Shown here: positions 17,401-30,360 of the stretch, one piece after another
How the letters are laid out: each line of letters begins with the position of its first letter
Numbering within the stretch: position 1 is the stretch's first letter
Assembly: GCF_009914755.1 (NCBI RefSeq)
Contig: NC_060932.1
DNA: 64,000 bases
Reading direction: 5' to 3' (one strand)
Origin: the human T2T-CHM13v2.0 reference genome, Homo sapiens
Notes under the pieces: model-generated
Told to the model about the DNA's origin: nothing
Database searches by the model: none
The model's input: the letters and a program-made list of their open reading frames with translations, nothing else
Position numbers and translations under genes: made by a program

Positions 17401-18371
17401 TGCCACCTCTTCCCAGTACCCTCTCCTCCTATGTCATTTTTTTCTTCTTATTTTTCTTGACTGTATAAGAGAGAATGTATGACATTTCCTGCTTGACCGC
17501 TGAGTTTGATTATAAATTACACAATATTTTATACAAATTGTTTTGTAGAAGATTTATTTACAGATGCTCATTCACAGGTAAAATTGACTTATGAAAATAG
17601 TTTTCATGACAAATGTATCAGGCTCGGTAACTAAATATATGGATTGATCTTGTTTATAAATGAAATTAAATGTGAATGTAACTTACATATTTCTGTATTT
17701 GCTTACATCCGTATGTACACATATAATCAGCAAATGAGTTGATGTTTCCTATTCGTAACTTAATGGTAATAGCTTGGTAACAGAGTTGGGAGTATTAAAA
17801 AGATGTAAAGAGCCCCTTAAAATTTTGTTGCTGGGAATTTTAGTGTTCTACTGATGAAGGAAATAGACACTGGAAGGTGTTGTTTCTATTAGGTAACTTA
17901 GATATCATACTGAAGACTTCAAATACTTATTGTTGACACTCAAAAGACACACTTAGTGTAAGTAAGCATTTCCCCGCTTTTCCCAATGAAATAAGATCAT
18001 TATTATAATTCCATTATAAATGCTGATGATCATATTTATAGAAATATAGAAGATAAGACTTGAAATGATATTCGCTACCAATTAATGAGTTTGAAGAAGA
18101 AATCAGGATGTGTTTTGCTATTTTACATTTATTCTTATTTAACTCCAAAGAATTCAGTGATGTTATGTACTATTATTTCCATTTCTCTGTGAAGACGTTG
18201 AAGCTTAAGTAACACGCATAATAAGGTCATACATTTAGCAAGTGGCTCAATTAAAGTTCAAACCTGGTTCTGCCTGGTTTCAAAGTCTGTGCTACTCCAT
18301 GGTATTAGGCTACAACATGACTTAGGGTTTCTTCCTCTGCTCTATTGCTGTTCAGATGTACTCCTCTTTTG

Positions 18372-18587
18372 GCAGAGTGGGAGAAAATTTTTGCAATCTA
18401 TGCATCTGACAAAGGCCCAATATCCAGAATCTACAAGGAACCTAAACAAATTTACAAGAAAAAAAAAAAAAACATTAAAAAGTGGGCAAAGGACTTGATC
18501 AGACACATCTCAAAAGAAGACATTTATGTAGCCAACAAACATATGAAGAAAAGCTCAACATCACTGATCATTAGAAAGATGCAAAAT
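18372..18587 (+). mobile_element. isolated internal L1 ORF2 fragment
   Basis: Translates [30 protein letters not shown]...[37 protein letters not shown], the C-terminal part of L1 ORF2p. Confidence 0.9.
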
Positions 18588-19263
18588 GCCTTTTCTGTAT
18601 GCCACCTTATATCCCCAGTATTTATTATTTCTAAGTCATAGTATCTTACAGTGTATATAAGTCTCATCCGTTCTTTTGATTTTCTCTTCCCTGCTTGCAA
18701 TTGGGTACCTAGGAACAAAGTTGCAATCTTAGCCAGTTTTTTCTTTAGCCTTTGCTGATGTGTGAAAAGCCCTTTTTTCTACCCTGGATTTCTGTACTTA
18801 AGCTGGAACAGCTAAGTTTTTACCTTTTTTAAATATAAAGTTTCAGAGTCTTCTGCCAAGGATCTTTTGCTGTTTTCCTACTGTTAAATATTTCAAAGCC
18901 TTTTTTAAACATAGGGAATATAATCAAACATAGCAAGCAGCTGATGAACAATATCTAGATAGTCTTCATTATTGAAATGGAATAAATGGTATTTTTGTAT
19001 TTTAGGCTAACAGACACCTTGTACCTTAGATAAGGCCAACCTTCTCATAAAATCCCTCAGTTACTTTTATTAATAATAACCAAATTAACTCTGGATTCCA
19101 GGGTGTACTCATGATGGAATGATTTCTCTGTCATGTTATCCTGAGGATCTAGTACTCTGAGATAACATAAGTGTATGACACTTTAGGCTTATGAAACACT
19201 TAGCTACTTAAATTATTTAATTTTTTTTCATGTGCAGATGGTATTGTACCCAAACACTACCTT

Positions 19264-19431
19264 TGTGTGTGTGTGTGTGTGCGCCTGTGTGTGTGTTTTT
19301 GAGACAGGGTCTTACTCTGCTCAGGCTGGAGTGCAGTGGCGTGATTATAGCTCACTACAGCCTTGACCTCCTGGGCTCCAGTGATCCTGCCAAAGTGTTG
19401 GGATTGCAGGCGTGAGCCACCTCACCCAGCC
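19264..19431 (-). mobile_element. Alu monomer (FLAM-like) with a (TG)n-converted tail
   Basis: (TG)n followed by GAGACAGGGTCTTACTCTG...GTGAGCCAC. Confidence 0.85.
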
Positions 19432-20079
19432 TTAAATTATTTTTTTTTCAAGGATGTTTAACCTGAGGGTTAGAGGCTCTTTGGCACGTGAGCTGCTGAA
19501 ATGTGTGTGAAAGTGTTGTGCACGTGTATGTTTCTCTTTTTTTCTGGGAAGTGGATCTGTAGTGATTCTTAGATGAGTCTATGAGACAAGAAACTTTTAT
19601 TTTTTTCATTTATTTAGCGAATGTTTGTTAAGCGTACTATGCCTTGGCCACTCTACAGGGTGCTGATTGGACCAGTCTGTCTACCTATCGTTGTAGATGT
19701 TAGAAGCTATATTCTTTTCACATGCCTAATATAACTCTTTGTGTATGTATACATGCCCAGGCATGTTCCTTCCTCAGAACATTAAATTCACCATTTTGGT
19801 CAACTCAAAGCAAGTACACCATGGGACACAGATCTGAAATAATGTCCAGATTTTTACTTACTGAATGAGGTGTGTTGAGTGTATAAGACTACATGATGAG
19901 ATGGCAAGTAATTGCCTGAAGAAATGATGTAGTGATTTTGTGTGTCTTATATTTATTTACTTTTTGATCCAGAAATAAATTATATAGATACCACTATTTT
20001 GTTTGGATGGGGGAGAAAGGATGGGTGTGTATTCAGGAACTTATGTTACTTTTTTGCAACTAATACCCCTTCTCAGTAG

Positions 20080-20226
<147 letters not shown>

Positions 20227-20854
20227 GCTGGCAATTACCAGAACAATTATGTTTCTTGCTGTATTATAAGAGGATAGCTATATTTTATTTCTGAAGAGTA
20301 AGGAGTAGTATTTTGGCTTAAAAATCATTCTAATTACAAAGTTCACTGTTTATTGAAGAACTGGCATCTTAAATCAGCCTTCCGCAATTCATGTAGTTTC
20401 TGGGTCTTCTGGGAGCCTACGTGAGTACATCACCTAACAGAATATTAAATTAGACTTCCTGTAAGATTGCTTTAAGAAACTGTTACTGTCCTGTTTTCTA
20501 ATCTCTTTATTAAAACAGTGTATTTGGAAAATGTTATGTGCTCTGATTTGATATAGATAACAGATTAGTAGTTACATGGTAATTATGTGATATAAAATAT
20601 TCATATATTATCAAAATTCTGTTTTGTAAATGTAAGAAAGCATAGTTATTTTACAAATTGTTTTTACTGTCTTTTGAAGAAGTTCTTAAATACGTTGTTA
20701 AATGGTATTAGTTGACCAGGGCAGTGAAAATGAAACCGCATTTTGGGTGCCATTAAATAGGGAAAAAACATGTAAAAAATGTAAAATGGAGACCAATTGC
20801 ACTAGGCAAGTGTATATTTTGTATTTTATATACAATTTCTATTATTTTTCAAGT

Positions 20855-20860
20855 AATAAA
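20855..20860 (+). terminator. proximal polyadenylation signal AATAAA
   Basis: Canonical hexamer with upstream TGTA elements and downstream T-rich sequence. Confidence 0.65.
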
Positions 20861-21787
20861 ACAATGTTTTTCATACTGAATATTATATATATATTTTTTA
20901 GCTTTCATTTACTTAATTATTTTAAGTACCTTTATTTTTCCAGGATGTCAGAATTTGATTCTAATCTCTCTTATGTAGCACATGTGACTTAATTTAAAAC
21001 CTATACTGTGACACAGAGTTGGGTAAACGATGATTATTTAACTTTAAGCAGTTCACCATCCATTTCAAAGCCTTTGATTGGCTTTTTTGTAAATAAAAAT
21101 AACTTGTTAAGAAACAAATATATCTGTCATAGAAGAACTAGAAAATCCAGGGAAGTGAGAAAAATGAAAATAAAAATCATTCATAGTTTTACTAGTAGCT
21201 AATCACAGTCAACCTCTTTTGTGTATCCCACCAGACTTTTTTATATTCATTTGTTTTTAGGTAAAATATAAAAGTCTCGTATATTCCCATTTTTCTGCAT
21301 TGCATTACCAGAAGGTAGTGGCGCCTATTAAATATGTGATATGTTGTTGTCCAGCCATGGCTTCTGCATTTGCATGCTTTTGTGTGTGCATCTGCAATAC
21401 CCTGTGAATATCCTGTGTGATGGAGTGGCAAGTACGCACAGACACGTCTGCTGCATGCCTAGGTACGAGGCTGTCTCCAGGAGACGCACTTGTTTGATTA
21501 TTTGAGTTGCCAATTGAATTTGCTGCTTTTTTTCATGGCTTGCCATTTTCACTGAAAAGAATGACTAATGAAAAACGATGATTGGTTATTAGATTTGGAT
21601 GTTTGGCAGACATTTTCTCAAAATTGAACTAAGTTGGCCTCTTCACGGAAAACAACTGGTATTTGTTGTGCCAATGATAAAATTGGAGATTTCTAGCAAA
21701 ATGTATAATTTTGGAAAAGTTGTGTTCCTCCACTGGAAGCTTGACAGCTTTCCTTAACATAAAGACTTCTCTTTCTCTTCGCTTTCA

Positions 21788-22060
21788 CTACTACTACTAC
21801 TAATTCTTCTTCTGATTCTTCTTCTTCTCCTTCTTCCTTCTTCCTTCCTTCCTCCTCCTCCTCCTTCTTCTTCCTCTTCCTCTTCTTCTTTCTCTCTTTC
21901 CTTCCTTCCCTTCCCTTCCCCTTCCTTCCTTCCTTCCTTCCTTCCTCCCTCCCTCCCTCCCTCCCTCCCTCCCTCCCTCCTTTCTTTTTCTTTCTCTTTC
22001 TTTCTTTCTTTCTCTCTCTCTCTCTCTTTCTTTCTTTTTCTTTCTCTTTTTCTTTCTTTC
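21788..22060. repeat. compound microsatellite / polypyrimidine tract (CTA, CTT, CCT, CCTT, CCCT, CTTT, CT)
   Basis: Nearly pure C/T from ~21817 to 22060. Confidence 0.97.
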
Positions 22061-22126
22061 AAGCAGTCCTCCCGCCTCAGTCCCCCAAAATAGTGGGATT
22101 ACAGGTGTGAGCCACCATGCACAGCC
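22058..22126 (-). mobile_element. Alu left-arm 5' fragment
   Basis: TTCAAGCAGTCCTCCCGCCTCAG...GGGATTACAGGTGTGAGCCACC. Confidence 0.85.
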
Positions 22127-22282
22127 TTACATAAAGCCTTTTCTAATGAGATGGATAGTAATTAACAAATGTGAGTTTTTGATATTATATAAAGATTTTT
22201 TCTGTGTTTCGAAGATCCGTATAACTCAGTGAATCAGTATGTTCTGGATGACTAATATGTGATGTTAAGAAATCATGACTGA

Positions 22283-22681
<399 letters not shown>

Positions 22682-23020
22682 TTACACACTGCAACTAATC
22701 TTTAAGAAACTATTACTTGTCCACTTTTTGGTAAAATTTCAGAGAACAATGTCCACCATTATCTGAACAGGCTATTAAAATACTCTTCTCTTTTCCAACT
22801 ACGTGCCTGTGCAAAGTCAGATTTTTTTCATATACTTCAGCCAAAACAGCATATCAAAATGGATTGAATGCAGAAGTAGATCTGAGAATACAGCCACTTT
22901 TGTTAAGCCAGACAATGAGATTTGCAAAATGTAAACAATGCTGCTGTTCTCAGTTTTTAAAAATATGTTTTTTAAAAGTATTTATGTTAATGTGTACTTG
23001 GTTTACTACTGCTATTTTTA

Positions 23021-23240
23021 AATAAAACAAGAAACATTTTTAAATGTCTGTTTTAATTTCTAAAGTGGTAGTGATAGATATAACCCATATTAATAAAAGC
23101 TCTTTGGGGTCCTCAGTGATTTTTTTTTAAGAGTATGGAAGGGTTCTCAGACCTAAGAGATTGAGAAATGCTGATGTAATGTTTTATTATAAAGGTGTAC
23201 CATGAATTATGTACCTTACTTCATATTGTTGGACATTAAA
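23021..23240 (+). terminator. distal polyadenylation signal cluster
   Basis: AATAAA at 23021 and 23092; ATTAAA at 23235 followed by a GT/T-rich run. Confidence 0.5.
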
Positions 23241-23281
23241 GTTGCTTTCAGTTTTTTTGTTTTAAACAGCACTGCTTTGAC

Positions 23282-23452
23282 CTTTTTTAAAAAATGAGTC
23301 AGGGTCTTGCTGTGTTGCCCAGGTTGGAGTGCAGTGGCTATTCACAGACATGATCATAGCATGCTATAGCCTTGAATTCCTGGGCTCATGTGATACTTCT
23401 GCTTCAGCCTCCTGAGTAGCTGGGACTATAGGCGTGCACCACTATGCCCAGC
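23282..23452 (-). mobile_element. Alu right-arm monomer (FRAM/AluJ-like)
   Basis: Antisense right arm; TSD-like CTGCTTTGA. Confidence 0.85.
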
Positions 23453-24070
23453 TGCTTTGAACATTCTTGAAATGAAATATGGTATAGTCTCATACCATAT
23501 CATAGCCAGAGGGGGAGAGAGAGAATTTTGTTGTTGTTGTTATGTTATCTGTAGTGGACTTTATGCCTTCCCAGCATAAATTCTCTCTTTCCCCATTTTT
23601 CGTGACTCTTGATTTTTGTTGGGGTTCGTTCCAAGGAGAATAATTTCCATCTGGATATTGGATTGGCACCTGTGACCTCTTCTGAGCTAGACCCTAGTAA
23701 CAGCGTTTGGATCTGGGGTAGGTGTGTGGCCAACTGAGCTGCTGGTTCATGCCTTTCCTGAAATGAGCCCTACCTCTGAATATTTCAGAAACATGGGACA
23801 TTAACTTCCCTTTACTTACGTTAAACCCCTTTGAATGAGGAGTTGTTTTTCACTTCCAGTTGTGTTCAGTTGTCACAGAAGCACAGCGATGTGATTGGTG
23901 GAAGGACCCGTCAACAGACCCAGAAGATGTAAAGTGTTTTTAATCTCAAAGGATGTGGAATCTCAGAGATAGTTACACCGAGTAGAGGATGAAGCGGCTC
24001 CTGGATGGAGGCAGAGGCTTCCTGGATCTTCAAGTTCTGTATGGGTTGTTGTATGAGGTTGGTGCAAAAG

Positions 24071-24660
24071 TGAGGCAGGAGAATAGGGTCTGGAGGCAAG
24101 GAAACTAAGGCCGATTCACACTGACTTCCTAGAACTAAATCAAAAGGAAAACCCCAATTTTCCAGACCTAAATAACAAAAGTACCAGATGGCTCCTCCCT
24201 TTCAACTGCCCCTCCCCCACACCTTTCTGCGTGGCACATGGAAAATTGAAAGTATCTCTGGTTGCTTCTGCGTAGGAATGTAACTTTGTAACCAATCAGA
24301 CGGATCGCAGGCCAAGTCGCCTGCATAGAAATGTAACTTTGTAACTTCACTTTAGCCTCTGATTGGTTGCTTTCCACAACCAATCAGATGCTTGCATAGG
24401 GTGTACCTGTTGTGACTTCACAAAGTGGTGGAAGTGGTGGAAGTGGTGGAAGGGTGGAAGGGCTATTTAAATTTTTATTCATCCTCTGATTGGTTGTTTC
24501 ACTTAAGCCTCTAATTGGTTCTTGAGTCCTGGAGCCTGTGAAGGGTACTTTATTTTCAGTAAATGCATGCTTTTTTTGCTTCATTCTTTCCTTGCTTTGT
24601 GCATTTTGTTCAGTTCTTAGTTCAAGACACCAAGAGCCTGGACACCCTCCACTGGTAACA
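24071..24660 (+). mobile_element. MER51-family ERV1 solo LTR
   Basis: TGAGGCAGGAGAATAGGGTCTGGAGGC...GGACACCCTCCACTGGTAACA; TG...CA ends; 4-bp TSD AAAG; several CCAAT boxes. Confidence 0.9.
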
Positions 24661-25043
24661 AAAGTAACTGGTGTTTTTGCCATTAGAAGTAATGGCACAG
24701 AACAAGTACATGAGAGCGATTTCTTATGGAAAATTAAATGGCGCATAAGTCGTGTGCTCAGGTAAGGGAGCTGGGAACCGGTAGAGGAAGGTCTCCAACC
24801 CACACCCGTGGGATCTCTGAGTCTTTGAAAGTCCGTCCTCACCCTTTGTGAAGAATGGGAGCACGGCTGGACTCGTCACCGGGGGTTTTGGGGGGCTGAA
24901 CTTGTCATTTGAGGGTGTAGGGAGGTTGGATGAATCGCAGGGGTGCAGGGAGGGGGCCCACTGGAGCTCCACCAGGACCCCAGCACCCTAGATCCAAACC
25001 TGGTCATGCTTCCCATGCTCAGAGGCAAATCTCCCTCCCCTTG

Positions 25044-25110
25044 GGGGGCGGAGTCAGACGAGACCCCCTCTCCATCCTTTTCCAGGTCCGGCGGGGGCGG
25101 GACTTTAAAG
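25044..25110 (+). promoter_or_regulatory. candidate GC-box promoter/enhancer element
   Basis: GGGGGCGGAG (25044) and GGGGCGGGAC (25094) in a locally GC/CpG-enriched stretch (24700-25300), followed by TTTAAA. Confidence 0.35.
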
Positions 25111-26386
25111 GTAAAAACAGCAATTACTTTTGCACCAACTTATCTTCTAAGTTTCGCTCCCTACCACCTGAGTGTGTTTGGAGGCTCTGGCTCATTGTAC
25201 CTGCCTGATCACCAGGTGCAAGTAGCTGGGCCAGAAGGACCTCGGCACGTTACGGAATATTTACTACAGGAACAGGTGAGCTGAAGGCGAATTCCCCAGG
25301 TGTAGCCTGTGACCATAGATTCAGACAAAGCCCTGACTGTTGCCTGGAATTCAAAAAAGCTGTAGCCCTACCAGATAGAATAAGAAAAGAATATAGGATT
25401 CTTCCTATTCAAATAGGTTGCATATAATTAAGAGCATGAACGATCCAATGGAATGAACTCAAAGTAGTTTTTGAGTGTAATAGACTTGAAGTGTCTTATG
25501 GAAAAGAATTGCAAAACCACAGAAACAGTGAAGAAGGTTAGTTATAGCCTTGATGGGGTAGCTGACTTCAGCAGTCTCAGCTATCTGAAAAGTTATTTAC
25601 CAGATTTTGGTTGGGAACATAATCCCTAAATCATTTGAGATAATGTACTTGTTTCCTTACTGGGTAAATGTGTTTAAACCTTGAGAAAATGTAGACATAA
25701 GTAGAATATAGAATAAATTAAACCTTTGGTAGTTATGTTTTAGGATTAAGGACTAATAAGTACATATTTGATATTTAAGCATTTGTAATGCTTGAGATAA
25801 TTTATCCTACTCAAGTAACAGATTACTCTTGTGACTCCAATGTAAAATATATCATTGAAAAATTAGTATCTGCTTGTGATTTTTAAGTAGAAACCCTGCC
25901 ATTTGAAAGGTATTTGCCTTTATTATTGGAGATATTTCATATGAATGTTTAACTTTGTTATTGCATAGAAGTATTTAAACAGATTTCACTTGCAAGAGAA
26001 AGATATCTAATAGGTTACTCTTAATCAGTACTAAATTACTACAATTACTATATTCTATTAATATCGATTCATTAAAACCCAGAGCTTTAATTATGTCTCA
26101 GAAAATTAATTAAACTTTAGCCTCATAATCAGCTTTATTTTCTAACTCAATGTTTAAAAATTGACAAGTATGTATTATACTTATTTATGTCTTCATTCAG
26201 TAAACATTTGCATTTGTAGCATGCAAGACAACATGCTAGACACACGAAAGATGGAATAAATGGAAGAAAATGCAACACAGATCTCATGCTTAAGAGGGAC
26301 AGATTTACTCTGAAGATTCAATGAAAAAACATCCACAAACAACTTTTCTACAAGAAACAAAACATTTTAAAGAAAACATTTACTTC

Positions 26387-26833
<447 letters not shown>

Positions 26834-26850
26834 TTATTTTAGGGGAGTGG

Positions 26851-27210
26851 AATTGGAAAGGTGGAAAGGGCTATTTACATTTTTATAATCTCCATGTCTT
26901 TTAAATCAATATATATTGCATTTATTCTTTTAGTTAAAATTTTAAGAACTCTATAAAAAATAGAGACAGGGACTCCCTTTGTTACCCAGGCTGGTCTCAA
27001 ACTCCTGGGATTAAGTGATCCTCCCACCTCAATTAGAAGGGTGGAAGGGCCAGCTGTTTAAGTTTCTATAATCTCTGTTAAATCAAATGTATATTGCATT
27101 TATTATTTTAAATTTTAAAAACTTTTTTAAAAATAGAGATGGGATCTTCCTATGTTGTCCAGGCTGGTTGTGAGCTCCTAGGATCAAGTGATTCTCCCGC
27201 CTTGACCTTT
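26851..27210. repeat. diverged ~180-bp tandem duplication containing an antisense Alu left-arm piece
   Basis: Units start aattggaaaggtggaaaggg (26851) and aattagaagggtggaaggg (27031). They share TATAATCTC, TTAAATCAA, TATATTGCATTTATT, AAAAATAGAGA and CCAGGCTGGT. Confidence 0.8.
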
Positions 27211-27251
27211 CAAAGAGCTGGGATTACAGGCATGAGCCACCATGCCCAGCC

Positions 27252-27527
27252 TATTTATTTGTTTATTTATTTTTAGAGGCAGGGTCTCACTCTCACTAGA
27301 CTGAAGTGCAGTGGTGTGATCATAGCTCACTGCAGTCTCAAACTCCTGGACTCAAGCAATCAACTAGCCTCAGCCTCTGAGTACTGAGATGACAGGCATG
27401 TGCCTTCATACCCAGCTAATATTTTTGTAGAGATGGGGTCTTCCTGTGTTGCCCGGAAGAGTCTCAAACTCTTGGCCTCAGCCTCCCAAAGCACTGGGAT
27501 TGCAGGCATGAGCCACAACACATGGCC
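27252..27527 (-). mobile_element. Alu (AluJ-like)
   Basis: Antisense dimer. Confidence 0.9.
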
Positions 27528-28169
27528 CTGCTTTTAAAAAATATATAGTGGGCCAGGCTTTCTGGGATGATGGGCAACCATTACATTTGCTTTCTCTCCA
27601 TTCTGAATGTCAGCCTCCATACACCTCTCTTGAGCCATCTCTTGATGCCCAGGACTGGCAGGCAAGCAGGATGTTAGGGTGCTGGCTGGAGGGCTGGAAA
27701 GCCCCAGGGCAAGGATATGAACGTGAAGGATTTTAAGGAGATTCTTGGACCTCAAGGGAACTTTTGGTCCTGGTTTCCTAGAGTATGTTAGATCTTCTTG
27801 GCCCCCAAAGAATCAAGGAAAAGCTGAATAGGTGGACCGAATCCTTTCCAGCACTGAGGCTGGGAGAACTCTATGACACCAGTGGGTGCTCATCCTGGTG
27901 CTGCCATGGACCTGACTACCTACGTCCGCTAAACTCTCCAGCAGCTGAGCCTTCAAGAGAAGACGTCCTCCACCTTTTCCATGAGATGAAGAATCCTTGG
28001 GGCCAGGGGATGTGCTCACTAGCTCACACCTGTCTCCATCCTCTAGACCATGCTTGCAGTACACAGGACCCCAGAATGCCTGGCCCAAACACTCGTGAGC
28101 CTCCAGGGGCTGCAGGGGCTTCTGGCCTTGTTTCCCCATCTGATGAGTTCGTTTCTTGGTCTGAAAGAT

Positions 28170-28604
28170 TGTGACAGTTACTACGAGACTGAATGAAGGG
28201 GGATGAATGCAGAAATGAAAACTTAAGACAAAAGTAACTTTTAATGAGAGGGGCCGAGGGAAGAAGAAGAGGGCTCCCTGCTTCTAATGAGCAAAGGCAG
28301 CCACCCTGAGCTTCTACAGCCCTTCGTATTTATTGAGTAGAAAGAGCAGGGAGGAGGAGGTAATGATTGGTCAGCTGCTGGATTGATCACAGGTTCATAT
28401 TATTGCTAACAGGCTTCAGATGTGCCTGATCACAAGAAACACTTGCGCCTGGGCATGACTGCCCTCAGCATTCCTTCTGGGCGGCAGATGCAGTTTGTCA
28501 GTTTGCTAACAACCTGCTTTCATGAGAACAGTTTGCTGCTTACTTACACAGCCACCAGTGATTTACTGAGTTGATCACGACCCTCACTCTTTCGGCCTCC
28601 AACA
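28170..28604 (-). mobile_element. LTR3-family solo LTR (HERV-K3/HML-6)
   Basis: Minus strand TGTTGGAGGCCGAAAGAGTGAGGGTCGTGATCAACTCAG...GTAGTAACTGTCACA; 435 bp; 6-bp TSD AAAGAT/AAAGAC, typical of betaretrovirus-like ERVs. Confidence 0.88.
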
Positions 28605-29194
28605 AAAGACGATCAAAGAATGGTTGTTTGCAGAGGTTATGGACAAGACTTGATGTCCAGGCCGAGTGTCCGTATGCACAGGAGCCTCTTGGTGGTGCAG
28701 AGTGAAGCCAGAGGAGGAGGAGTGGGTTGTGTCCATGGGCTGATTCTCCCTGCACCAACAGGACAGAATCCTAAGGAATCCGAGCATTTGAAATTCAAAT
28801 CTGGTCTTACAGGTTGTTATGTATTTGTCTAGGTAGGAGGCTAGAATGTATTGAAATGGGGTTAGCCTGACATATTTATATATTTCATATTTAGGCTTCC
28901 ATTTGTTCCTTTGTCTTGGGTCCCAAAAATATATTAGAGGTGGGCCTGTCTGTTCTCTTGGACACGAGGACCTCAACGAGTTTCCACTGTTCTCTGAATG
29001 TTTCCTTCCTGGTTTTCTGTGTATACAATAATTCCTAGTTTTCTGTTATTTACAATTTTACTTCCACTTTTTAAAGACAAAAATGTATGTTTTTTTAGTC
29101 AATATTGATATAGTGGACCAATATATTTTACCGTTATTTTTGCTTACTGTTTTTGTTTTTTTGCCTTCCTCATCTTCTCACTAAGTTTGTCTGA

Positions 29195-29485
<291 letters not shown>

Positions 29486-30016
29486 AATACCAACTCAACA
29501 GGTGGTGAGACCCAGTGGTCTAGACAAACAGCCACATAGCAATATGTTTTTCTCCATGATTCATATCCATGTTCGTTTGTTACAAAATAACAGGCATGAA
29601 CATTTTCTTCAGAGAGGGAGATCCCCACTTATCCATTAATGACTCATTTGGTGTCCATTCCAAACTATTAAACTGCAAAAACAGACATGAGAAAAGAAAC
29701 TTAAGTCAATGTTTTTATCACATGTTGGTGCCAGCCTCCCATAGTGGTGCTAAATTTATGAAATTGCAACAAAACAAAAACCCAAACAACCCAACAACGA
29801 AAAGCTATTTAGTGAACACCGTGACTAACAAGCTTATTAGAACTGCTTATCAGAGCTATGTGTGGATTTTGTAGGGGGAAAGATTTTCTTCCCTCGTAGA
29901 CATTTTGCAAAATAAAAGTAAAATATTACCTTTATGTACGTGGTAGATAGAATTCCACAAGCTTCAAATTCAACGACTCAAAAATGTTGCTTTTACTTTC
30001 CATATCTCAGAAGTCA

Positions 30017-30321
30017 CTTTTATTTTATTTATTTTTTAGAGATAGGGTCTCGCTCTGTTGCCCAAGCTGGAGTTGCAGTGGCACAATCATAGCTCACTGC
30101 AGCCTTGAACTCCTGGGCTCAAGCAGTCCTCTTATCTCAGCATCCTGAGTAGCTGGGACTACAGGCGCATACCACCACTCCTAGCTGATTTTTAAATTCT
30201 GTGTAGACATAGGATCTTGCTGTACTGCCCAGGCTAGTCTTGAACTCTTGGCCTCAAGTGATCCTCCCACCTTGGCCTCCTAAAGTGCCGGGATTGCAGG
30301 TGTGAGCCACCATACCTGCCC
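30017..30321 (-). mobile_element. Alu (AluJ-like)
   Basis: Antisense dimer. Confidence 0.92.
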
Positions 30322-30357
30322 AGAAATCTCTTATTTTAAACCCCAATTCCTCCTGAT

Positions 30358-30360
<3 letters not shown>

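Noticed and set aside
21754-22062. 102-aa K/E/R/G-rich ORF
   Set aside because: Translation of the purine strand of a microsatellite.
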